Below, piece by piece: positions 51,901-63,814 of a DNA stretch of 64,000 nt. Numbering within the stretch: the first letter of the stretch is position 1; every line of letters starts with the position of its first letter. The notes under the pieces are model-generated. The model was not told the DNA's origin. It made no database searches and saw only the letters and a program-made list of their open reading frames with translations. The position numbers were made by a program, and so were the translations under genes. Source of the DNA: Eledone cirrhosa (lineage: Eukaryota); assembly GCA_964016885.1 (NCBI GenBank), contig OZ024741.1:7502001-7566000 (forward strand). Direction: 5' to 3'.

Positions 51901-52050
51901 AGTCCTACCTGTAATTCAAAGAGCCACAATCTGTTTTACGCTGAATCTCCCTGAGGACTACGGTAATGGTACATGTGTCTGTGGAATGGTCAGCCACTTT
52001 TAGGTTAATTTCCCAAGCAAGCTGTTCCATTGATCAAATCAACAGAAGTA
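39988..52050 (+). mobile_element. Family 1 SINE split by internal amplification: head 39988-40056, body 51886-52050
   Basis: GTAGCTTAGTGGTTAGGG...CACGATTGTAAGGTCGTG precedes the array; CTGTAATTCAAAG..GCTGAATCTCCCTGAG..GTGTCTGTGGAATG..GCTGTTCCATTGATC follows it. Confidence 0.8.
40057..51885 (+). repeat. 45-bp satellite (about 263 units), TGTGTCCTTAAGCAAGACACTTTATTTCACGTTGGTCCAGTCCAC
   Basis: Continuous 45-bp periodicity with rare 43/44-bp units. Confidence 0.98.
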
Positions 52051-52385
52051 CTCGTGTCTGTGGCTCCAATACTAACCACTAAAACCGACAGAAGTACACG
52101 TGTCTGTGGCTCCAATACTAACCCCTAGAACCGGCAGAAGTACACGTGTCTGTGGCTCCAATACTAACCCCTAGAACTGACAGAAGTACTCGTGTCTGTG
52201 TCTCCAATACTAACCCCTAGAACCGACAGAAGTACTCGTGTCTGTGGCTCCAATACTAACCCCTAGAACCGACAGAAGTACACGCGTCTGTGTCTCCAAT
52301 ACTAACCCCTAGAACCGACAGAAGTACTCGTGTCTGTGGCTCCAATACTACCCCCTAGAACCGACAGAAGTACACGTGTCTGTGG
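52043..52385 (+). repeat. 46-bp minisatellite (about 7.5 units), CAGAAGTACACGTGTCTGTGGCTCCAATACTAACCCCTAGAACCGA
   Basis: Units start at 52043, 52089 and onward. Confidence 0.93.
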
Positions 52386-52750
52386 CCCCTTTTTAACTTC
52401 TCCTTAACCACACTATGTACTATTATAAAACTGTATTAGTACCTCACCCTCTCCCCATCTCTCCCCCTCCCACTCTTTCTCTTCCTCTCACTGTCAATAT
52501 CACCCTCTCCTTAAAACAACACCCCCACCGTCTCTTATCCCACTCACTTTCTACCTCTTCCTCCTCCTCCTCCTCACCAAGTTTTGTCCTTCTATATCCA
52601 ACTTATATATATCCCCCTCTCTCATTCCCTCTTTCTCTCTCTCACACTCTCCCCCTTTCTGTCTTTCCACCTCCTCTCTCATTAAACTCTGTCTCCCCTT
52701 TTCTCTATAACTCTTAGTCTATGTTCTCCCTTACTTGCTTTTTAACCCGC

Positions 52751-52782
<32 letters not shown>

Positions 52783-53102
52783 ACTCTCCCTCTCTCTCTA
52801 ACCATACTCTCCCTCTCTCTCTCCTCCTCTCTCTCTAACCATACTCTCCCTCTCTCTCTCTCCTCCTCTCTCTCTAACCATACTCTTTCTCTCTCCTCTC
52901 CGATACCAGTCATATCTTTCTATGCTCTCTTCTCTCCCTCCTCTCACTCTCCCACTCTCGCTCTAATTTCTACTCTCGTCCCTGCAATATCCTTTTCTCT
53001 CTCTCTCTCTCACTCCTCCCGCTCTCTCTTCCCTTTCTCTCTCCCTCCTCCCTCTCTCTCTCCTCATCCTCTTACTCTTTCTGTTCCCCTTCTCCTATAT
53101 TT

Positions 53103-53828
53103 CCACTCCCTCCCACTACACCAATAGCCAGTATATAACTTCCTCTGCTATTCCCTCAACCCCACTCCCTCCCACTACACCAATAGCCAGTATATAACTT
53201 CCTCTGCTATTCCCTCAACCCCACTCCCTCCCACTACACCAATAGCCAGTATATATCTTCCTCTGCTGTTCCCTCAACCCCACTCCCTCCCACTACACCA
53301 ATAGCCAGTATATATCTTCCTCTGCTGTTCCCTCAACCCCACTCCCTCCCACTACACCAATAGCCAGTATATAACTTCCTCTGCTATTCCCTCAACCCCA
53401 CTCCCTCCCACTACACCAATAGCCAGTATATATCTTCCTCTGCTGTTCCCTCAACCCCACTCCCTCCCACTACACCAATAGCCAGTATATATCTTCCTCT
53501 CCTATTCCCTCAACCCCACTCCCTCCCACTACACCAATAGCCAGTATATATCTTCCTCTGCTGTTCCCTCAACCCCACTCCCTCCCACTACACCAATAGC
53601 CAGTATATAACTTCCTCTGCTATTCCCTCAACTCCACTCCCTCCCACTACACCAATAGCCAGTATATATCTTCCTCTGCTGTTCCCTCAACCCCACTCCC
53701 TCCCACTACACCAATAGCCAGTATATAACTTCCTCTGCAGTTCCCTCAACCCCACTCCCTCCCACTACACCAATAGCCAGTATATATCTTCCTCTGCTGT
53801 TCCCTCAACCCCACTCCCTCCCACTACA
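53103..53828. repeat. 59-bp minisatellite (about 12 units), CCACTCCCTCCCACTACACCAATAGCCAGTATATAACTTCCTCTGCTATTCCCTCAACC
   Basis: Units start at 53103, 53162 and onward. Confidence 0.95.
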
Positions 53829-53929
53829 TTATGTCACACAACTGCACTGACTCGCCTGTCCCTCACAATAGATTGATCACGTGTCCAAACTGTCTGGACA
53901 ACTGTTCCACTTGATTGATATTGAAAATA

Positions 53930-54271
53930 TGGTGGTGGTGGTGGTGATGGTGGTGGTGAGGGTAGGGGATGGGTGGTGGTGGTGGTGGTGATGGAAGAGT
54001 TGTTGTTGTTGTTTGTGGTGGTGGTGGTGGTGGTGGTGTGGGTTGTTGTTGTGGTGGTGGTAGTGTTGGTGGTGGTGGTGGTTGCAGTGCTGGTGGTGGT
54101 GGTGTGGTGGTGGTGGTGGTGGTGTGGGTTGTGCTGGTGGTGGTGTGGGTTGTTGTTGTGGTGGTGGTGGTGGTGGTGGAGGTAGTGTTGTTGTTGGTGG
54201 TGGTGGTTGCAGTAGTAGGGGTGGCGGTGTGGGTTGTTGTTGTGGTGGTGTTGTTGTTGTTGGTGTTGTTG

Positions 54272-54303
<32 letters not shown>

Positions 54304-54425
54304 GGTGGTGGTGGTGTGGATTGTTGTTGTTGTGGTGGTGGTGGTGGTGGTGGTAGTGTTGTTGTTGGTGGTGGTGGTGGTTGCAGTGATGGTGGTGGTG
54401 GTGTGGGTTGTTGTGGTAGAGTTGT
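53930..54425. repeat. (GGT)n/(GTT)n trinucleotide field
   Basis: Direct reading. Confidence 0.95.
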
Positions 54426-54589
54426 GATGACTCATTAACAAGGAATTGCACAAGGCCAGCAATTTGAAGCGAAGGGGAAAGCCGATTACATCGCCAGTGT
54501 ATTACTGGTACTTCATTCTATCGACCCTGTAACGACGAAATATAAAGTTGACCTCAGCGCCATTTCAAGTCATTTCGGTTAAATAATAA

Positions 54590-54737
54590 TAATTGTTTCT
54601 ACTTTAGGCACAAGACCAGCAAATTACCCAGTGCATTACTGGTACTTTATTTTATCGACCCCGTAAGGATGAAAGGCAAAGTCAACCTCGGCGGGATTTG
54701 AACTCAGATCGTAAAGGGACGTAACTACGCTGGAAAG
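54590..54737 (-). mobile_element. Family 2 SINE B-box and body, contiguous with the 45-bp minisatellite
   Basis: CTGGTACTTTATTTTATCGACCCCGTAAGGATGAAAGGCAAAGTCAACCTCGGCGGGATTTGAACTCAG; another decayed copy at about 54445-54570. Confidence 0.85.
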
Positions 54738-57170
54738 CATGGCGTCCGACCCTCTACCGATACTGCCAATCCACCACCCTAACATGGCGTCCGACCCTCT
54801 ACCGATACTGCCAATACACCACCCTAACATGGCGTCCGACCCTCTACCGATACTGCCAATCCACCGCCCTAACATGGCGTCCCACCCTCTACCGATACTG
54901 CCAATCCACCACCCTAACATGGCGTCCGACCCTCTACCTACACTGCCATTCCACCGTACTAACATGGCGTCCCACCCTCTACCGATACTGCCAATCCACC
55001 ACCCTAACATGGCGTCCCACCCTCTACCTACACTGCCATTCCACCGTACTAACATGGCGTCCGACCCCCTACCTACACTGCCATTCCACCGTACTAACAT
55101 GGCGTCCCACCCTCTACCAATACTGCCAATCCACCGCCCTAACATGGCGTCCCACCCTCTACCGATACTGCCAATCCACCACCCTAATATGGCGTCCCAC
55201 CCTCTACCGATACTGCCAATCCACCACCCTAACATGGCGTCCCACCCTCTACCGATACTGCCATTCCACCGTACTAACATGGCGTCCGACCCTCTACCGA
55301 TACTGCCAATCCACCACCCTAACATGGCGTCCCACCCTCTACCGATACTGCCAATCCACCACCCTAACATGGCGTCCCACCCTCTACCGATACTGCCAAT
55401 CCACCACCCTAACATGGCGTCCCACCCTCTACCGATACTGCCATTCCACCGTACTAACATGGCGTCCGACCCTCTACCGATACTGTCAATCCACCGCCCT
55501 AACATGGCGTCCGACCCTCTACCGATACTGCCAATCCACCGCCTTAACATGGTGTCCGACCCTCTACCCTACCGATACTGCCAATCCACCGCCCTAACAT
55601 GGCGTCCGACCCTCTACCGATACTGCCAATCCACCGCCTTAACATGGTGTCCGACCCTCTACCCTACCGATACTGCCAATCCACCGCCCTAACATGGCGT
55701 CCGACCCTCTACCTACACTGCCATTCCACCGTACTAACATGGCGTCCCACCCTCTACCGATACTGCCAATCCACCACCCTAACATGGCGTCCCACCCTCT
55801 ACCGATACTGCCAATCCACCGCCCTAACATGGCGTCCCACCCTCTACCGATACTGCCAATCCACCGCCCTAACATGGCGTCCTTCCCCCTACCTACACTG
55901 CCATTCCACCGTACTAACATGGCGTCCGACCCTCTACCGATACTGCCAATCCACCACCCTAGCTTGGCGTCCGACCGTCTACCGATACTGCCAATCCACC
56001 ACCCTAACATGGCGTCCGACCCTCTACCGATACTGCCAATCCACCGCCCTAACATGGCGTCCGACCGTCTACCGATACTGCCAATCCACCACCCTAACAT
56101 GGCGTCCAACCCTCTACCGATACTGCCAATCCACCACCCTAACATGGCATCCGACCCTCTACCGATATTGTCAATCCACCACCCTAACATGGCGTCCAAC
56201 CCTCTACCGATACTGTCAATCCACCACCCTAACATGGCGTCCAACCCTCTACCGATACTGCCAATCCACCGCCCTAACACGGTGTCCGACCCTCTACCGA
56301 TACTGCCAATCCACCACCCTAACATGACGTCCGACCCTCTACCGATACTGCCAATCCACCGCCCTAACACGGTGTCCGACCCTCTACCGATACTGCCAAT
56401 CCACCGCCCTAACATGGCGTCCGACCCTCTACCGATACTGCTAATCCACCACCCTAACATGGCGTCCGACCCTCTACCGATACTGCCAATCCACCACCCT
56501 AACATGGTGTCCCACCCTCTACCGATATTGTCAATCCACCGCCCTAGCATGGCGTCCGACCCTCTACCGATACTGCCAATCCACCGCCCTAACATGGCGT
56601 CCGACCCTCTACCGATACTGCCAATCCACCGCCCTAACACGGTGTCCGACCCTCTACCGATATTGTCAATCCACCACCTTAACATGGCGTTCCACCCTTT
56701 ACCGATACTGCCAATCCACCGCCCTAACACGGTGTCCGACCCTCTACCGATATTGTCAATCCACCACCTTAACATGGCGTTCCACCCTTTACCGATACTG
56801 CCAATCCACCGCCCTAACACGGTGTCCGACCCTCTACCGATACTGCCAATCCACCACCCTAACATGGCGTCCGACCCTCTACCGATACTGCCAATCCACC
56901 ACCCTAACATGGCGTCCGACCCTCTACCGATACTGCCAATCCACCACCCTAACATGGCGTCCGACCCTCTACCGATACTGCCAATCCACCGCCCTAACAT
57001 GGCGTCAGACCCTCTACCGATACTACCAATCCACCGCCCTAACACGGCGTCAGACCCTCTACCGATACTACCAATCCACCGCCCTAACACGGCGTCAGAC
57101 CCTCTACCGATACTGCCAATCCACCGCCCTAACACGGCGTCAGACCCTCTACCGATACTACCAATCCACC
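54738..57170 (-). repeat. 45-bp minisatellite (about 54 units), CATGGCGTCCGACCCTCTACCGATACTGCCAATCCACCACCCTAA
   Basis: 45-bp periodicity with two 50-bp units near 55560 and 55660. Confidence 0.97.
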
Positions 57171-57362
57171 AATAATAATATTTGTCAAAACTGTTTTAGA
57201 ACTGTGCGACTTGCTAAAATAATGTTATCTTAATTAAGACGCATGGTGACATATGCACACACATACACACACACACAGATACATGTATACATGCACACAC
57301 ACACATACATGTATACACACACACACATACACACATGTATACAGACACACACACACACACAC

Positions 57363-57409
<47 letters not shown>

Positions 57410-57481
57410 TGCACACACACACACGCGCGCGTTTGGATCTAGCTGTCGAAACGGCCGGAGCTCAGTCGTCGAGGTCCTGGC

Positions 57482-57569
<88 letters not shown>

Positions 57570-57660
57570 TGTGTATGTGTGTGTGTGTGTGTGTGTGTGT
57601 ACATGTGTGTGTGTGTGTGTGTGTATGTGTGTGTGTGTGTGTGTAGATGTGTGTGTGTGT

Positions 57661-57754
<94 letters not shown>

Positions 57755-57899
57755 ATATAAACAAGATCTTTATTGTCCCAGCCACTCTATTCACCATTGA
57801 TAACAACCCTAAATATACATACATTTACATTACATATATATACACCATAAAACGTACATATACAACAAATACATGCAACCATCGAGTGTCCTATAGGTA

Positions 57900-58084
57900 A
57901 ATAATTGTTTCTACTTTTGGCACAAGGCCACCAATTATCCAGTGTATTACTGGTACTTTATTTTATCAACCCTGTAAGGATGAAAGGCAAAGTTAACCTC
58001 AGAAAGCATGTCCGACCCTCTACCGATACTGCCAATTCACCGCCCTAACATGGCGTCTGACCCTCTACCGATACTGCCAATTCA
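57900..58084 (-). mobile_element. Family 2 SINE with deleted B-box region and a duplicated head unit
   Basis: Body as at 54590, then AAAGCATGTCCGACCCTCTACCGATACTGCCAATTCACCGCCCTAA-CATGGCGTCTGACCCTCTACCGATACTGCCAATTCA. Confidence 0.8.
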
Positions 58085-58384
58085 TGTAAATAATGTTCTC
58101 AGAAAACAAAATCAAGATATGTTTCCTTCGATCTTTCCCGATTGGTTTTCCCTGCCACTCCTAGCAGAACTGTCATCACATTTCTTGTGACAAAAGACAA
58201 AAATTGATCTCAGAATCAACAGATTTGGAAGAGACAACGTAAATATTGTCACCCAACAACTTACAACAATTAAGTAAAGTTGACAAAGACGACATTTGTA
58301 CTCAGAGACCGCAGAAAACCAGAATTGCAGTAAATTAATTTATCCGACCTTCTCACGATTCGGTTAATTCACCGACATCATCTA

Positions 58385-58582
58385 TATTTCACGTTGTTAC
58401 AGTAGATTGAACCTGTAATGTAAAGGGACAGCCTCGTCACACTGTGCTATGCTGAATCTCCCTGAGAAGTATGTTAAAGGTGCTCGTGTTTGGGGAAAGC
58501 TCGATCAGTTACACGTTATTTTTATGAACCGACAGTTCGATCAACTGAAGCGACTCATCGTCGTAACTGACGAATGTCCAAC
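58385..58582 (+). mobile_element. Decayed family 1 SINE body
   Basis: TTTCACGTTG..AAAGGGACAGCCTCGTCAC..GCTGAATCTCCCTGAGAA..CGTCGTAACTGACG. Confidence 0.7.
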
Positions 58583-58735
58583 ACATTGGTCGTGTAGAGG
58601 TAGAGGGCTTGGTACATGTCTAACTTCTGGTCTTCCATACATCCTTGAACAGCTTCAAGCCTGAACCCTCTAACATCGCTCACACTCATCTACATAGACT
58701 GAAGCAAGTTTTCTCAAGGGATAGGGAGCCCAAAG

Positions 58736-58806
<71 letters not shown>

Positions 58807-58922
58807 GACATTGGCCAATGGATGAACGAAAATAGACAGAAAGATGGTGATGATAGGATTATATAACCAATGAAAAGGCTGAAATAACAGGATGTTAATA
58901 AGTACTACAGATAAACACAGAA

Positions 58923-59016
58923 AACATATCTGGAGATCCTTCGAATGCAGAGTCGGGTTCGATCTGTAACAGACCTTGCCTCGAGCTGATCAACGGAGAA
59001 ACATATGTAATATGTT
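58923..59016 (+). ncRNA. Type I hammerhead motif with enlarged stem II and a one-base core variant
   Basis: AACATAT-CTGGAGA-TCC[about 55 nt]GGA-GAA-ACATATGT-A-ATATGTT; 7-bp stem I, palindromic stem III, GUA triplet; core A6 is G. Confidence 0.65.
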
Positions 59017-59061
59017 AATAAATGTGATATGATACGACACTGATTCCTCGTTTTTTGTATA

Positions 59062-59118
<57 letters not shown>

Positions 59119-59494
59119 GGCTGGGTGATGTAGACAGTATATATAGATGTGTGTGTGTGTACTGAGCCAGGTTGAGCCAACTTACACAGCTTCATATGCA
59201 AATGAGATTAATCAGCTCATTTACAGAGATGAGAAAGCCATATATTCTCGCTTGTTTTCAAGTCCAGCAGTCGCAACAGTGGGAGGGATCATCCTGATGA
59301 CAACCAGTTAAGTTCGAAATGCACATCCACGATTGTCCTCCTTGCTTCGGCTGGACACCACCAGAGGGCAGTAGTCGCTAGTGTTTTGGCATAGCTACGG
59401 CTTTCTAAATGTTTACTTTAAACATACCGTATTTCTTCTGAAATACGAAATTCCAATACATTTATGTATACAGCTAAGCCTGCAGCTAAACTGT

Positions 59495-59610
59495 AATATA
59501 GAGTAGAGAAATGGCAATGTCTGGCTGTCTGGCTGTCTGCCTGTGATCCTAAAACTCATAGACTACCAAACCAATCCTGATGAAACTTGACACGTGTGTG
59601 AGGCTCATTT
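59495..59610 (+). mobile_element. Possible 5' part of a non-autonomous Helitron-like element
   Basis: TGTCTG-type repeats followed by AACTCATAGACTACCAAACCAATCCTGATGAAACTTGACAC resemble invertebrate Helitron-derived repeats; termini not identified. Confidence 0.3.
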
Positions 59611-60900
59611 GGTGGTAGTGGTGGTAGTGGTGGTGGTGGTGGTGGTGGTAGTGGTGGTAGTGGTGGTGATGGTGGTGGTGGTGGTAGTGGTGGTGGTGGT
59701 GGTGGTGGTTGTGGTGGTGGTGGTGGTGGTGGTAGTGGTGGTGGTGGTGGTGGTGGTTGTGGTGGTGGTGGTGGTAGTGGTGGTGGTGGTGGTTGTGGTG
59801 GTGGTGGTGGTGGTGGTTGTGGTGGTGGTGGTGGTAGTGGTGGTGGTGGTGGTGGTGGTAGTGGTGGTAGTGGTGGTGGTGGTGGTTGTGGTAGTGGTGG
59901 TGGTAGTGGTGGTGCTGGTGGTTGTGGTAGTGGTGGTAGTGGTGGTGGTAGTGGTGGTGCTGGTGGTAGTGGTGGTGGTGGTGGTAGTGGTGGTGGTGGT
60001 GATGGTAGTGGTGTTGGTGATGGTAGTGGTGGTGGTGGTGATGGTGGTGGTAGTGGTGGTGGTGGTGGAGGTAGTGGTGGTGTTGGTGGTGTTGGTGGTG
60101 GTGGTGGTGATGGTGGTGGTGGAGGTGGTGGTGCTGGTGCTGGTGGATGTGATGATTGTGGTAGTGGTGGTGGTGGTGGTAGTGGTGGTGGTGGTGGTGG
60201 TGGTGGTGGTGGTGGAGGTGGAGGTGGTGGTGTTGGTGGTAGTGGTGGTGGTGGTGGTGGTGGTAGTGGTGGTGGTGGTGGAGGTAATGGTGGTGCTGGT
60301 GGTGTTGGTGGTGTTGGTGGTGGTGGTGGTGGTGGTGATCGTGGTGGTGGTGGTGGAGGTGGTGATTGTGGTAGTGGTGGTGGTGGTGGTGGTGGTGGTG
60401 GTGGAGGTGGTGATGGTAGTGGAGGTGGTGGAGGTGGTGGTAGTGGTTGTGGTATTGGTGTTGGTGGTGGTGGTAGTGGTGGTGTTGGTAGTGGTAGTGG
60501 TGGTGGTGGTGGTGGTGGTGGTGGTGGAGGTGGAGGTGGTGGTGTTGGTGGTAGTGGTGGTGGTGGTGGTGGTGGTAGTGGTGGTGGTGGTGGAGGTAAT
60601 GGTGGTGCTGGTGGTGTTGGTGGTGTTGGTGGTGGTGGTGGTGGTGGTGATGGTGGTGGTGGTGGTGGAGGTGATGATTGTGGTAGTGGTGGTGGTGGTG
60701 GTGGTGGTGGTGGTGGTGGTGGAGGTGGTGATGGTAGTGGAGGTGGTGGAGGTGGTGGTAGTGGTTGTGGTATTGGTGTTGGTGGTGGTGGTAGTGGTGG
60801 TGTTGGTAGTGGTAGTGGTGGTGGTGTTGGTGGTGGTAGAGTTGGTGGTGTTGGTGTTGGTGTTTGAGGTTGCGGAGGTAGTGGAGGTGGTGGCGGTGAG
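59610..60900. repeat. 1.3-kb imperfect (GGT)n trinucleotide array
   Basis: Direct reading. Confidence 0.97.
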
Positions 60901-61172
60901 GAATATATAAACTGTGGGGTCAGTTCGGGGGTTGGGGGTGGAGGGGTTTGTGATGAAGAGATAAAAAGTGAGAAAGAAAAAAACATGAGATTGGCTAGAG
61001 TGGGTGTGAGTAGGAGGAGAGTCGTAGAGGGGGTGGGGTGGAGAAAATGGACGATAACAAATGATGTCTGTAGATTAAAAGAGGGGCAGGGGATGAAGAG
61101 GGGGGCGGGAGAAATCTAAAGCTGTTACAGTAACGATGAAATAACAACTTGACAAAAAGAATACACACACAT

Positions 61173-61219
<47 letters not shown>

Positions 61220-61364
61220 TATATATATATATATATATACATACATGCATACACACACACACATATATATACACATGCACACATATATATACCCATACAT
61301 ATATATGTACACACATATATAGTCAAACATAAGTATCCGTAAGTACACTTACATATACACACAC

Positions 61365-61740
61365 ATACACCATACAACACACACATACACCACCATACAA
61401 CAACACATACACCACCATATAACAACACACACATACACCATACATCAACACACACATACACCATACAACACACACATACACCACCATACAACAACACATA
61501 CACCATACAACACACACATACAGCACCATACAACAGCACATACACCATACAACACACACCACACACATACACCACCATACAACACACACATACACCACCA
61601 TACAACAACACATACACCACCATACAACAACATCACTACCATACAACACACACATATACCACCATACAACAACACCACCACCATACAACAACACATACAC
61701 CATATAACAACACCACCACCATACAACAACACACCACCAT
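61365..61740. repeat. Degenerate CACCATACAACA-type short tandem repeat
   Basis: Repeated CACCATACAACA(CA)CATA units. Confidence 0.85.
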
Positions 61741-62063
61741 ATATATATATCAACGTTGCCCTTGGACTTGCGCACTCCTGACCCGGTGCATAAATTCGGT
61801 GCATGAAATCCCAATATGAAACTAGTCCATCACGCAGCACCTCGTCTTATTTCCGGCAGACGACATAGAGCAGACCAGTTCTCATTTTGGCGCGCAACCC
61901 GATGCCTCCTTTAATTAACAAATTATTTAGTTGATTTGCGTAAATAGAAGTTTTTTCTGTAAAGTAAGCTGTAAAATTAGTCGTTTGTCACGCAGAACAG
62001 ACTTCACTGACAACATCTTAGCCTCGTTCACATTAGCTCGCATACAAAGGCATTAAGAATGTA

Positions 62064-62095
<32 letters not shown>

Positions 62096-62103
62096 CACAT
62101 ACA

Positions 62104-62134
<31 letters not shown>

Positions 62135-62141
62135 GCATTAT

Positions 62142-62209
<68 letters not shown>

Positions 62210-63134
62210 CATACATAAATATACATATATATATGCATTATTATGTATATATATATATATATAATATATATATATACATATATACATAAATATATATATA
62301 TATATATATATATATCACATTATTATGTATATATATATACATACAATAATATATATATATATATATATATCTCACATTATTATGTATATGCATATATATA
62401 ATATGCATTATATATATATGTATGTCTGTATATGTGTGTGTGTGTGTGTATGTATGTTGTCTTTCTCACCTAACAACCACTCTTTCCCCCTCCCTCTCTC
62501 TCTCTCTACACACACACACATATATATATATATATACTTGTCTTAATCCTATTATCTCGCCTCTCTCTCTCTCCCCGCCACCCCCTCTCTCACTCTCTTC
62601 TTTTATATGTGTATATGTATGCATGAATGAATGCATTTATGTATACACACACGCACGCACACACACACACACGCACACGCACACACATATATATATATAA
62701 ATATATACATGGATATATATATATACATAGCCACACATACATACACACATATATGTATAGAAATACATACATGTATATATATATATGTATATATATATAT
62801 ACATATATATATGTGCATGTGTGCGCGCGCGTATGAGTGTATGTGCGAGTATGTGTATATGTATGCATGTGTGTCTGTGTATATGTGTCTGTGTATGTGT
62901 ATATATATGTGTGTGTGTGTGCCTCTGTGTGTATATGCGTGTATACATATTGGGAGTGGTAGTTTATAAGCGAGTTAATCTGAGACGGTGTTTAAATTGA
63001 AACAATTACACAGTAGAAGAGAAACTGTTATTTACATTTCATTTCTTCCACGAACGATCCAGCTTCTCGTCGCAGTAATGTCGTCATTGACATCATTTCA
63101 TTGACTCATTATATAGCTTTCAACATGTAATCAC

Positions 63135-63196
<62 letters not shown>

Positions 63197-63264
63197 ATCA
63201 AGGTTCAGCAAATAAGAAAAGTTTCAAAATAAATTTCAAAAAATTCACTGTACTTACTATGGTT

Positions 63265-63350
63265 ACCTTTACCGAATCGGTTTCGAGTCTCAAAAATAAA
63301 TGGACAGTCCTTGCGGCCTTCATTGAAAAGATAAACTCTCGTCAGATGGT
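63265..63350 (-). ncRNA. Type I hammerhead ribozyme with long stem II loop
   Basis: Minus strand: ACCAT-CTGACGA-GAGTTT[loop]AGACTC-GAA-ACCGA-T-TCGGT-A-AAGGT; stem I has one mismatch. Confidence 0.7.
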
Positions 63351-63429
63351 TCTTTTCACTCGGAGAATATAAAATTCCCGAGTTCAAATTACGAACTGGC
63401 GCTATTCAAAATTGTTCCCGAGATGAGAA

Positions 63430-63508
<79 letters not shown>

Positions 63509-63536
63509 TTCCTGTTCCGTATAACCATGACCAGTA

Positions 63537-63574
63537 CGAGCTGAGGATCCGCTAGGATGAAACAATTGTTCTCG
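63537..63574 (+). ncRNA. Minimal type I hammerhead ribozyme
   Basis: CGAG-CTGAGGA-TCC-GCTA-GGA-T-GAA-ACAATTGT-T-CTCG; palindromic stem III, GUU triplet; island flanked by (TA)n. Confidence 0.7.
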
Positions 63575-63619
63575 GTGAACTAACTGTTGTGTTTCTAATT
63601 CTCTCTATATATAATATAT

Positions 63620-63768
63620 AGCATTGGTGTTTGGAAGAGTATCTAGTAGTAGAAACCATGTCAAATATGAAACCCATGATCAAGTTGAGGTCACTCTGAC
63701 CCGCCTGGCTTCGGATCGTGATAACACATCCAGCCCATGCTAACATGGAAAGCGGACGTAAAACAATA

Positions 63769-63813
<45 letters not shown>
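63620..63813 (+). mobile_element. SINE/LINE 3' end with (GAT)n tail
   Basis: CCCATGCTAACATGGAAAGCGGACGTAAAAC followed by (ATG)n; resembles the recalled 3' end of octopus retroposons. Confidence 0.6.

Positions 63814-63814
<1 letters not shown>

Noticed and set aside
40033-51954. Very long ORFs (up to 1003 aa) of HVGPVHCVLKQDTLF / STVSLSKTLYFTLVQ repeats
   Set aside because: A 45-bp unit is a multiple of three and is stop-free in two frames; frames swap at 1-2-bp indels; the unit is SINE-derived DNA.
54636-57175. ORFs of 240-500 aa on both strands
   Set aside because: By-product of the 45-bp SINE-head minisatellite; open in several frames and broken by 5-bp insertions.
59283-59340. CTGATGA-CAAC..GTTC-GAAATGCACATC hammerhead-like motif
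   Set aside because: Stem II closing pair and proximal stem I are mismatched; at best a decayed relic, so not called.
59556-60986. Proline-rich (extensin/formin-like) 476-aa ORF
   Set aside because: Almost pure (CCA)n with single-codon usage, open in several frames, no flanking domain or splice evidence.
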